From: a virus
Lineage: Duplodnaviria; Caudoviricetes
Reading direction: 5' to 3' (one strand)
IMG/VR virus record: IMGVR_UViG_3300027265_000005
Location: 1-41,497 of that record
Length of the DNA: 41,497 nt
Part shown: piece after piece, positions 17,500 to 25,683 of the stretch
Layout of the letters: the number at the start of each line of letters is the position of its first letter
How positions within the stretch are numbered: the stretch's first letter is position 1
Notes under the pieces: model-generated
What the model was told of the DNA's origin: nothing
Database searches by the model: none
Seen by the model: the letters and a program-made list of their open reading frames with translations, nothing else
Translations under genes and position numbers: made by a program

Positions 17500-20400
17500 T
17501 CATCTCGACCACACGGTCGCGCTCGAGTTCTTCCGCGCCCATTGTGACAGCCTGCCACCCGCAACGCACGTTAGGGTGATGAACGGAGCGGTATCGTCAC
17601 CACTCGCATAGAACTCGGTGAAGTTCGGGCCGCTCGGCTCGGTGTCCATGAGGTCATGCTCACCTATCATCCCGACTCCCAGCGTTCCGTCAACAGGATC
17701 GAAGTCGACTAGGTGCAGCGCATACGTGTAGCCACCGTCAGCATCGAACGACCCGAGCGATTCGGTGCCGAACTGTGAGAACGGAGCCGTTGGTGACGCT
17801 ACAAGGTGCGTGACCTCGCCGTCATTCATCGCGTACATCTGATGCACGGCTAGTATCACGGCCCGCGGCGTCTGCTGGACTTCCGACACGTCGAACGCCA
17901 TCCGCACCCGCTGAATGTTGTACTTGCGGCCCTCATACCAGTTCCCGTATCGCACGGTTGAGAACGGCTGCAGGGTTTCGTCGGTGTGGTCGGGTTCAGT
18001 CTTAGCCTTTGCCAGAGCCCATGTATCTGCGTAGACGCCGAGAGTGGTGACGTCGGCGAGTGGGACGGTTATCACGTCGATGTTCTTGTCGAGGAGCTGC
18101 ATCTCGTCACGATAGGCAGCAAGTCCGGCCGCGTCCTGCTCGATCTCGAAGTGTTTGGATTGGGAGTTGAACCACATGACGCCCTTGACGAGCGGGAAGC
18201 GTGACCGGAGCGTCTGGAACATAGCGCGTACCCACACATCGCTCGACCGCGTGTTCGTCCGGCAGGCCGTCTCACAGATGTAGAGTGGCTTGTTGAGCGT
18301 CGTGATGTCGTCGTAGGCGGTCGCCCAGGGAGCATTGAAGGCGTAGTAGAAGGACGTCCATCTTGAACCCGTGTCGGTGATCGGGTCGTAGCTGTCGAGG
18401 TTGTACCCGTCGAGGCCGGTGAGGTCAACGTAGTCGTCGCCAGGGTAGTACGGAAGTACGTTCGACCCGAATCCACCGCTCCCAGCCCATCCTCCCGCGT
18501 TCGGGCACCACATGAAACGTACGTTATCCGCATTGGCCCGCACGACGTCGACCACACGTTGCCACGCTGCGATGTAGAGCTCGGGCGTATTGCCAGCAGC
18601 CTCGGGGATGAGGTTGTCGACCGGGCTGCCGTAATGAGCCCAGTTCCCGTTCATCTCCCATGCGAAGCGCAGCCACACCTCACCACCTACTGCCGAGAGA
18701 TTACTGGCATACGCTGCTATGTGCTCATCCTCCGTGCCTGCCGCTATGTCGGCCAGGAGAACTGGGGCGCCGCCGATTCGCGTTGGATCCCACGAAAGCA
18801 TAGGTATCGTGTCTCGGGAGATGAGTGTCTGGAACAGGGCGATGTCGAAATCCTGGTCCCACGCCTTGAAGAAGTGCATCGTGTCCATGTGCCGGCCGAC
18901 TAGCTGTTCGTGGTCCTCGAGTATCTGCAGCGATGAACCCTCGACGTAGGCACCCATGCGGATGAAGCCGTGCGTCTTGTGCGACCACGGCCTTTCATCG
19001 TGCCCCAGACGATGCCAAGTCGTGTCGGTGATGATGCTGACACCGAGCGGTTCACCGGCGTAGACGATCTCCGCAGCCTCGAGCGATGTCCACACGTCGA
19101 CCTTCTCCGCGAGGCAGAAGGCGGGCGTGGCGTTGAGCACGTCGACGTCGAGTTCGATCGGCGTGATCGTCGGCCCCGTGGCAGACAGGTCGACAGGCGT
19201 GGAAATCACAACAGCGACCGGAGCTGCTGCCGGGGCGACATCATCGGGCGTGAGGGCGGCCCACAATCCGACTTCGGTTGCGAGGCAGTACGCCGCCGTC
19301 GTCGAGGTGTCGCGCAGGCCGATGTCCGTCCCGCCCTCGCCACTGTCGATGGCGGGACTTCCCGGCGAGAGCGATAGGTCTGCATTCAGCCCCCAGTCCG
19401 AGGCTGCCGTCGTGTCGGGGTTGGCCCACATCGGGTCTTGGCTGTAGATGGAGTGCGCGCCCTCGTTCGGCGTGAGGTTCTGCCACACGGGGGCACCCTC
19501 GACGTGCAGGTTGTAGTCGCCTGCGTAGACGACGTACCCGTCCTGGTAGAACCCGAGCCGCTTGCCGAAGATGCAGCTCTTGAAGTCCATGCTCTTGCGA
19601 CCGCCACCGGCCGTGATGGCTCGGCAGCCCCAGAACGTACAGTGGTCAACGTCGAAGTTGACGTAGGGATTCGAGCTGTTGTTGAAGTTGATGGCGACGT
19701 GGTACGTCTCATTGACGGCTGTAGGCTCGCCCATGAAGAGGCAGTTGCGCAGCGTGAGGTTCGTGACCTGCGGCTGGTAGCCCGTGCCATTGTTCTCAGC
19801 CATGATGAGCTGACTCGGGCCTCTGTCGGTGTTGTAGCCGCCCGACGGCTGCCATGTGCCGAGGATGCAGTCCTCGATGAGCAGGTCGTGAACGTCGCCC
19901 GAGTAGAACTGGATGCCGTCGGTGTGCTGCCCCGAGGCGTACCACTCCCACAGCTCGTGGATGATGCAGTCTCGGATGACCATGCTCGGGCCGTTGACAC
20001 GGATGCCATCGCCGTCAGTGGACGGAGCCGCACCCGAGGGGCCGCTGATGGTCACGCCGTCGGCGGTGTTGTCGTGGCCGTCGAGCATGATGCCGTAGCG
20101 CCCGGCGAAGGTGGCGATGGTCGAGTCGGAGATGGTGTTGTACGCGGCCCCCGTCGTGTAGGCGGCGAGGTAGCCACGGTAGAACAGCACTCCCGAGCCG
20201 TTCGTGAGGTCGTGGATGTTGAACCGCGTGAGGGTGTTGTACGAACCCGTCACGTGTACCTGCGCGGCGTCGGAGGTGACGCTCGCCGAGCCGGGCGTGA
20301 CCTCGATGTCGGACAGGTCGATGTAGTCGCCCGAGACGATGAGGCCAGCGGCGAAGATGACGCCAGCGGCACCCGTGATGGTGATGTGATCGGCGGCCGT

Positions 20401-21132
20401 GCCGTGGCAGGTGAAGTCGTGCCGCGTGGAGTACGTGCCCGCAGCGAGAGTGATGGTGTCGCCGGGACGGGCGGCCGCGATGGCGGCGGTCAGCTCGGCG
20501 TCGGTGGTGACGGGGACGACGATGCCGTCCCAGTACACCTCGTCGCCGAAGTCGCTCCACCAGTAGCCCTCAGTGAGCGGGGTGGATGGCTGGGTCACGC
20601 TCACGGCTTCTGCGCCGTAGTCGCTGACCAGTATCTCGTCCTCGTTGTCCCATATCTCAGCGCGGTAGCCGGACACCAACGCCTCGGGCCGGAACACTCC
20701 TGCGGGGAGGGACGGGTCGGTCACGATGATGCGGTTTCCCTCGCAGTAGATGAGGAAGTCCGTCTCGTTGCACTGGCTGGCGCTGGTGTAGATGAGGTGC
20801 TGTACGCCACTGGCCCACTTGTAGATGCGTACGTACCATCCATCGGCCCCGTCGGCGTTCGTCTCGACCATCCAGCAGTCGTTGTAGTTCTGGTCGGACT
20901 GCGAGCGGGCCACGAGGACGCAGCACTCTATCTCGTAGCCAAGCGCGTCATCCTCGTAGAAGTCCTGATTCGCCTGCAACACGCCGTCGGCGGCGTAGTG
21001 GACAGGCGGGTACGTCCCGAGGATGGGGTCAAGCCCGCCATCGGCGGGGAAACACCTGATGCCGCTCGGACGCGCCCAGTGGTACTCGCCGTCGGAATAG
21101 GTGGCAGACGGCGTGAGGTAGTAGAGGGTCAT
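17500..21132 (-). CDS. multi-domain receptor-binding protein: right-handed beta-helix (pectin-lyase-like) plus GH26 glycoside hydrolase
   Basis: ELTAAIAAARPGDTITLAAGTY...DGDGIRV...HTDGIQ...LSPGSPAIDSG; then PMLSWDP...LRFAWEMNGNW...YYPGDDYVDLTGLDGYN...KPLYICETA. Confidence 0.88.
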   Translation of the reverse strand: MTLYYLTPSATYSDGEYHWARPSGIRCFPADGGLDPILGTYPPVHYAADGVLQANQDFYEDDALGYEIECCVLVARSQSDQNYNDCWMVETNADGADGWYVRIYKWASGVQHLIYTSASQCNETDFLIYCEGNRIIVTDPSLPAGVFRPEALVSGYRAEIWDNEDEILVSDYGAEAVSVTQPSTPLTEGYWWSDFGDEVYWDGIVVPVTTDAELTAAIAAARPGDTITLAAGTYSTRHDFTCHGTAADHITITGAAGVIFAAGLIVSGDYIDLSDIEVTPGSASVTSDAAQVHVTGSYNTLTRFNIHDLTNGSGVLFYRGYLAAYTTGAAYNTISDSTIATFAGRYGIMLDGHDNTADGVTISGPSGAAPSTDGDGIRVNGPSMVIRDCIIHELWEWYASGQHTDGIQFYSGDVHDLLIEDCILGTWQPSGGYNTDRGPSQLIMAENNGTGYQPQVTNLTLRNCLFMGEPTAVNETYHVAINFNNSSNPYVNFDVDHCTFWGCRAITAGGGRKSMDFKSCIFGKRLGFYQDGYVVYAGDYNLHVEGAPVWQNLTPNEGAHSIYSQDPMWANPDTTAASDWGLNADLSLSPGSPAIDSGEGGTDIGLRDTSTTAAYCLATEVGLWAALTPDDVAPAAAPVAVVISTPVDLSATGPTITPIELDVDVLNATPAFCLAEKVDVWTSLEAAEIVYAGEPLGVSIITDTTWHRLGHDERPWSHKTHGFIRMGAYVEGSSLQILEDHEQLVGRHMDTMHFFKAWDQDFDIALFQTLISRDTIPMLSWDPTRIGGAPVLLADIAAGTEDEHIAAYASNLSAVGGEVWLRFAWEMNGNWAHYGSPVDNLIPEAAGNTPELYIAAWQRVVDVVRANADNVRFMWCPNAGGWAGSGGFGSNVLPYYPGDDYVDLTGLDGYNLDSYDPITDTGSRWTSFYYAFNAPWATAYDDITTLNKPLYICETACRTNTRSSDVWVRAMFQTLRSRFPLVKGVMWFNSQSKHFEIEQDAAGLAAYRDEMQLLDKNIDVITVPLADVTTLGVYADTWALAKAKTEPDHTDETLQPFSTVRYGNWYEGRKYNIQRVRMAFDVSEVQQTPRAVILAVHQMYAMNDGEVTHLVASPTAPFSQFGTESLGSFDADGGYTYALHLVDFDPVDGTLGVGMIGEHDLMDTEPSGPNFTEFYASGDDTAPFITLTCVAGGRLSQWARKNSSATVWSR

Positions 21133-22515
21133 CTAACTCACGACCATCTGCGTCTTGCCAGTTCCCACGAGCAGTTGCAGCTCGTGACCGTACCAGCCGT
21201 CCTCGTAGTCGGTCATCTCGTCGTGCCACCACACCTTGATGACGACGCTCTTGCTGGCGGCGAACACATAGTTGGTCGGCAGGTAGGCGAGGTAGGGGTT
21301 GTGTGGCTCGGTCAGGAACAGCGTGTCGGGGTACGGAGTGAACCCGACGCTCGTCTCCCCGCCGTCAGTCGTGACGGTGGACAGGGTGACGAGCGAATCC
21401 CTTGTGGTGGTGTTGCCGCCACCGTCGCCGATGGTGGCATCCAGCCCGTTGCTCCACCCCGAACTCTCGGTGTCCTCTGTCGCCATCGTCACAGCCCCCG
21501 CAGTAGGAGCCGAGGTGCTGATGGTGCCGTCAGCGCAGATGTAGTACGTCCCGTCGGCGAGATAGGAGACGGTGGTGGTGGTGGTGGTGGTGGAGTAGTC
21601 GCCGTTGCCTAGCGAGTTGTGGGCGCGTACCCGCACGTCGTAGGAGACGCCGAGCGTCAACCCCGTGATGGTGCAGGCGTTCGTGGTCGGGTCGTCAGGC
21701 GTGCCGTTGTCCCAGTCGAGCCACGTGCCGCTCGACGTCTCCTTGTACTGGACGTGGTAGTAGTCGGGAGCTGGTGAGTTGGCCGTCCACGCGCAGCCGA
21801 TGGAGGTGGCGTAGGGGGTCAGCGTGAGGCCCGTGACTTGGGCGGGGACGGTGGCAAGAACCACGTCCATCGGTTCGGCGGCTGGTGCCGCTGTTCCGAT
21901 GACACCGAGGTTCGCAAGCAGCGATGATACGACGTCTATCTCCCCTCCACCGAGCGCGGGTTGCTCACCCGGCCCCAAGTCGGCGAGCAACGAGAGCGCG
22001 ACGACGATCTCGGCTCCGCCCAATGCCGGACCCGAGGCGGTGAGCTCGGCGACGATGCTGTTTATCGCGCCGATAGCCACTCCGGTCGGCACCAGCACAG
22101 GAGCCGCCAGGTCGGCCACGAGGCCGAGCAGCACGGCGACAGGCGCAGCAGCAGGCGCGATACCCGTGTAGCCGAGGTTCATCTCGGACGTGTCGTAGGC
22201 AACCGCTGTCTGTGGTAGGAAGCAATAGACGCCAGCGGCCGGGCCGACTGAGACGGTGAACATGCAGAACACGTCACCTGCAACGCTCGTGACCTCACCC
22301 CACACGAGAGCTGTGTTCTCGGGGGCGAACGTCACTCCATCGGCAGACCATCTGATGCCGGGAGTCGCAGGAAGCTCGTAGGCCGTGGCATGTTCACCAT
22401 CGGCACATACGAGCTTGCCCGCTGCTATCTTCCCGACGTAGGCATCCGAATCAAGAGGTTGGCTGGTGTCGCTTGACACCACCTCGCCCGTGACCAGTCG
22501 AAGTTCGATCGCCAC
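21133..22515 (-). CDS. virion protein with ~22-aa repeats and a fibronectin type III domain
   Basis: GTG start after TAGGAGG; VPAQVTGLTLT..SIGCAW..YYHVQYK..TITGLTLGVSYDVRVRAHNSLGNGDYS. Confidence 0.85.
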   Translation of the reverse strand: MAIELRLVTGEVVSSDTSQPLDSDAYVGKIAAGKLVCADGEHATAYELPATPGIRWSADGVTFAPENTALVWGEVTSVAGDVFCMFTVSVGPAAGVYCFLPQTAVAYDTSEMNLGYTGIAPAAAPVAVLLGLVADLAAPVLVPTGVAIGAINSIVAELTASGPALGGAEIVVALSLLADLGPGEQPALGGGEIDVVSSLLANLGVIGTAAPAAEPMDVVLATVPAQVTGLTLTPYATSIGCAWTANSPAPDYYHVQYKETSSGTWLDWDNGTPDDPTTNACTITGLTLGVSYDVRVRAHNSLGNGDYSTTTTTTTVSYLADGTYYICADGTISTSAPTAGAVTMATEDTESSGWSNGLDATIGDGGGNTTTRDSLVTLSTVTTDGGETSVGFTPYPDTLFLTEPHNPYLAYLPTNYVFAASKSVVIKVWWHDEMTDYEDGWYGHELQLLVGTGKTQMVVS

Positions 22516-22526
22516 GGTGCCGCCTC

Positions 22527-23180
22527 CTAGACGTAGAACGCGGTCCCGTCTGCGTCGGTCGAGTTCGCGCGTGCCTTCCAATCCGCACCATCAGCGGCCG
22601 TCTGCGTCGAACCCATGTCGTGATGCACGAGAATGGGCGACGCCGCATCGGTTCCGCGGTCGAGCCGTAGGATCAGGTAGCGGGCGGCGATGGCGCCACT
22701 CGATGCAGTCCATGTGCAGGAATCGTGTGTGTACGGAGTGCGGTTGTTCGTCGAGTCGTAGCTGCCGAACTTGCCGTCCGTGACACACTTGCCGCCGTTG
22801 GTGTACCCGTTGGCGGTGGCGAGCTCGTTGGCGACGATAACGTCGGCGTAATACTGGTCGGCGTCGGCGTCGAAGGCAGGAGACGTGTTGAACAAGGACA
22901 GCTTGACGCCCTTGTGCATACACTGCCAGAAGCCCGTGCCGTCAGCGACGACCTGCCCCGCGACGGTCGGCCACGTCGGCTCGGTTCCGGATGATGTGAT
23001 CGCCTTGATGCACTTGTAGACCCAGCCGTTCGCCGCTGCGGGACGGCGGTAGTCGCCGACGCTGTACGCCGTCGACGTGACCCACGCCGTTGCCGCTGCG
23101 GGATCGGAAGGCCCGTCAAGACCGAGCGCACGCAGGAGCGTGTCACCGAGCTTGCCGGGAACTGTTGCGGTCGATGCCAT
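22527..23180 (-). CDS. structural/tail-associated protein with an inserted CBM5/12-like motif
   Basis: KLSLF..NELATANGYTNGG..TWTASSGAIAARYLIL scaffold plus WVTSTAYSVGD..YKCI..SSGTEPTWPT..DGT..WQC insert. Confidence 0.75.
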   Translation of the reverse strand: MASTATVPGKLGDTLLRALGLDGPSDPAAATAWVTSTAYSVGDYRRPAAANGWVYKCIKAITSSGTEPTWPTVAGQVVADGTGFWQCMHKGVKLSLFNTSPAFDADADQYYADVIVANELATANGYTNGGKCVTDGKFGSYDSTNNRTPYTHDSCTWTASSGAIAARYLILRLDRGTDAASPILVHHDMGSTQTAADGADWKARANSTDADGTAFYV

Positions 23181-23182
23181 GA

Positions 23183-23530
23183 CTACTCACCGTCCTCTCC
23201 GTCGAACTCGTCGACGACATCCGAGGCCGGAGTCGTCTCGTTGTCGAGCGAGTCGTCGAAATCAAGGTCGGGGATGGCCGCGTCGATGACGACGGTATCG
23301 GCATCCGCGCCCTCAGCCAGATCCTCGTCGAGCGCGTCGACGATGCCGACGGGCTCCTCGATGACAGGCTCGGCGTAGACCTCGACGTCTGCGAGAGCAG
23401 CGTTGTCGGCAGCCCCGAAGTCGTCTCCGAGGACGACAAAGCCCTTCTTCTTGTAGTGCTCGAGGAACTGCACCGGGAGCGGGTCGGTGACTGAACCGTC
23501 CGGGGCTTGGAATCGAACTGTCTGAGCCAT
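23183..23530 (-). CDS. acidic hypothetical protein (115 aa)
   Basis: AAGGAG SD; D/E-rich C-terminus; follows the capsid genes. Confidence 0.75.
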   Translation of the reverse strand: MAQTVRFQAPDGSVTDPLPVQFLEHYKKKGFVVLGDDFGAADNAALADVEVYAEPVIEEPVGIVDALDEDLAEGADADTVVIDAAIPDLDFDDSLDNETTPASDVVDEFDGEDGE

Positions 23531-23553
23531 GTCGGGCTCCTTGTCGTCATGCG

Positions 23554-23589
23554 GATGGGGCTGCCCGAGTTTACCCGGGCAGCCCCATC
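23554..23589 (-). terminator. 14-bp GC-rich hairpin after the capsid/decoration genes (terminator or mRNA-stabilising stem)
   Basis: GATGGGGCTGCCCG-N8-CGGGCAGCCCCATC; no U-tract. Confidence 0.6.
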
Positions 23590-23613
23590 ACGCGATGTCA
23601 GCGGGGCAGGTTC

Positions 23614-24009
23614 CTAGCGAGTACGGTAGGCGATCGTGACGGAGTAGTCGCCCGTCGCCGATCCACCCTTCGTGCCCTTGACGCTCACGACGTCGCCGGC
23701 GGCGACGCGCAGGTTGGTCGCCGTGGTGTTGAGGTTCGCGGCCTCGGCGACCTTCGCCACGAGCGCATTCTCGTGAGCGGCGCGGGTGTCGAGCTCGGCG
23801 AGTACGGTCGAGCCGCTGCCAGCAGCGCCGTAGTTGGTCACGGCGAGCTGGAAGTAGTCGGTATCGTTGGCAGCGATGCCAGCGACCGACGCGATCTTGA
23901 CGCTTGCGATCGTCGCGTCGTTCGGGACGGTCCACAGAGCCTCGGCGTTTGTAGCCGCGGAGAGCGGGCCGATGACGACGGACTTGAGCTGAGCGCTTTC
24001 CAGACCCAT
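23614..24009 (-). CDS. putative capsid decoration/cement protein
   Basis: 131-aa beta-rich protein directly after the MCP; ends LRVAAGDVVSVKGTKGG..VTIAY. Confidence 0.65.
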   Translation of the reverse strand: MGLESAQLKSVVIGPLSAATNAEALWTVPNDATIASVKIASVAGIAANDTDYFQLAVTNYGAAGSGSTVLAELDTRAAHENALVAKVAEAANLNTTATNLRVAAGDVVSVKGTKGGSATGDYSVTIAYRTR

Positions 24010-24057
24010 CAGAGCACTTCCTTCCAGAAGTCGTTGGAGCGTGGCGAGGATGATCGC

Positions 24058-24909
24058 CTACTGGTTGGTGAACTTGACGGCGTAGCCGTCCTCGACCTCG
24101 CCGTAGACGTAGCGCTGCTTGCCGTACAGGATCCAGCAGTCAGCGGATTCCTTGCGCTCCTTGACGATCGTGAGGGCCGACTTCTTGACGCGGCCGAACG
24201 CCTCGTCGTGCCACATGCAGCCGACGGCGTAGGAGGTGTAGGCGATGTGGCCGTCCGGTACGCACTTGACGCCCAGGAACTCGCCCATGCGGAACTTGCG
24301 AGCCAGCTCGGAGTCGATGAGCGGCTGCCACACGCCGTAGTTCGAGTTCTGCAGCAGCTCCTTCTTGAGCACGTTGAGAACCTTCGGCGAGTGCGCGAAC
24401 TTGAGCTCGTTGAGGTCGTCCACGGGCTGCATCTCGAGGTCCGTGATGCCGTCCATGAACATGCTCGCGGTCAGAGCGCTCGTGGTGCCACCCTGCGTGT
24501 GCGTGGTGACGCCGGTGAACAGCGCGATCGCGTCCTTGTCGTCCTTGCGGGCGACGGAAATGCCGATCTTGCGGCCGGCGCGCTTGAGGACGTCCTCGTT
24601 CGCGTCCTCGATGGCCTCGTCGGTGACGATGACACCCTTCTTCTTCTTGGTCGGGGTGAACGTCGACTCCGTGGTGGTCATCTTCTCGAAGTCACCGTAG
24701 TCCTCGCCCTCGTCGACCTCGATGGCGTCGGCCAGAGCAGCCCACTTCGGGATCGAAAGCGACTTGCCCGGCTTGCCGGAGATGTCGTAGGGCTGGATGA
24801 TCTGCGGCAGCGGGGCACCGAACTCAGCGGCGTCACGAGCGGCCGGGTAGATGATGAGCGGGATGATCTCGTCGATGTCCGTACGGACAGTCGTGTTCGG
24901 GGTTGTCAT
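24058..24909 (-). CDS. major capsid protein (HK97 fold)
   Basis: ISGKPGKSLSIPKW..EGED..VTDEAIE..KIG.SVARK.DKD..MGEFLGV..VKER pattern; GAGGAG SD; follows the scaffold. Confidence 0.85.
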   Translation of the reverse strand: MTTPNTTVRTDIDEIIPLIIYPAARDAAEFGAPLPQIIQPYDISGKPGKSLSIPKWAALADAIEVDEGEDYGDFEKMTTTESTFTPTKKKKGVIVTDEAIEDANEDVLKRAGRKIGISVARKDDKDAIALFTGVTTHTQGGTTSALTASMFMDGITDLEMQPVDDLNELKFAHSPKVLNVLKKELLQNSNYGVWQPLIDSELARKFRMGEFLGVKCVPDGHIAYTSYAVGCMWHDEAFGRVKKSALTIVKERKESADCWILYGKQRYVYGEVEDGYAVKFTNQ

Positions 24910-24934
24910 GATGGACTCCTCCTCGGGTGGCTAC

Positions 24935-25657
24935 TTACTTGCCGAGCCCGCGGAACGCCCGCCACTTCTCGGTGCTCATACTCTGCATCTCCTCGAGCGA
25001 CGGCACCTGGCTTTCGCCGGTGCTTCCGACCGGGAGTGTCACGACGCCCTTCGCCCGCTTGTCCCTCTCGGTCGTGAGCAGCTTGTCGCGCTCGGACTTG
25101 AGGATCGCGTCGTGCTTGAGCGCGACGTAGGCGGCGTCCAGGTCGCCGATCTGATGCGAGATGCAGAAGTCAATGAGCTCTTGGTCCTCGAAGTCGGGCT
25201 TGCCTTCCGAGGTGACTCGGCCGTGCAGGTCGCTCAACGCACGCTCGGTCTGCATCCGCGCCTCGAAGTCTGAAAGCCGCTGGTCGACCGCTTGGGCGAT
25301 CTCCTCGGCAGACTTCTCGGGCTTCTCGTAGCCCATGACGTGCGCCGCGAAGTCAGGATCCGCGTCGAACGCCGCTTGGATCTCGAGGGCCCGCGCGACT
25401 CGCTGCTTCTCAGCTTCGATCTCGCTGCGTTCCTCGGAGAACTGCTGGCGCGTCTGCGTGTACTGCTTCGCGTTCTTGACGACGACATCCGGCTCGAGTC
25501 CCGACGACTTGAGATCGTCGAGGATACCCAGCCACTTGTCATCGTCTCCACCCTGCTCGGCAGACTCCGTGATGTCGTCTTGAGACTGGTCGCCCTGTTC
25601 CTCAAGATCGTCGACGACGGGTTCCTGCTCCTCGGTGGTTCCATCTAGCGGGGGCAT
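24935..25657 (-). CDS. capsid scaffolding protein
   Basis: Acidic N-terminus, YTQTRQQFSEER coiled coil, LDAAYVAL, C-terminal MSTEKWRAFR; GGTGAGG SD; between portal and MCP. Confidence 0.8.
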   Translation of the reverse strand: MPPLDGTTEEQEPVVDDLEEQGDQSQDDITESAEQGGDDDKWLGILDDLKSSGLEPDVVVKNAKQYTQTRQQFSEERSEIEAEKQRVARALEIQAAFDADPDFAAHVMGYEKPEKSAEEIAQAVDQRLSDFEARMQTERALSDLHGRVTSEGKPDFEDQELIDFCISHQIGDLDAAYVALKHDAILKSERDKLLTTERDKRAKGVVTLPVGSTGESQVPSLEEMQSMSTEKWRAFRGLGK

Positions 25658-25683
25658 AGCCTCACCTTTCACTCAGGGAGCCT

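Noticed and set aside
21571-21591. (ACC)7 trinucleotide run encoding poly-Thr as a phase-variation switch
   Set aside because: In-frame linker after the FN3 domain; length change would not switch expression.
19438-21612. 724-aa plus-strand ORF (also 27070-29427, 23773-25077, 3302-4798, 38026-39180 and similar)
   Set aside because: Antisense shadows of well-supported genes, expected at high GC3; V/D/R-rich with no motifs.
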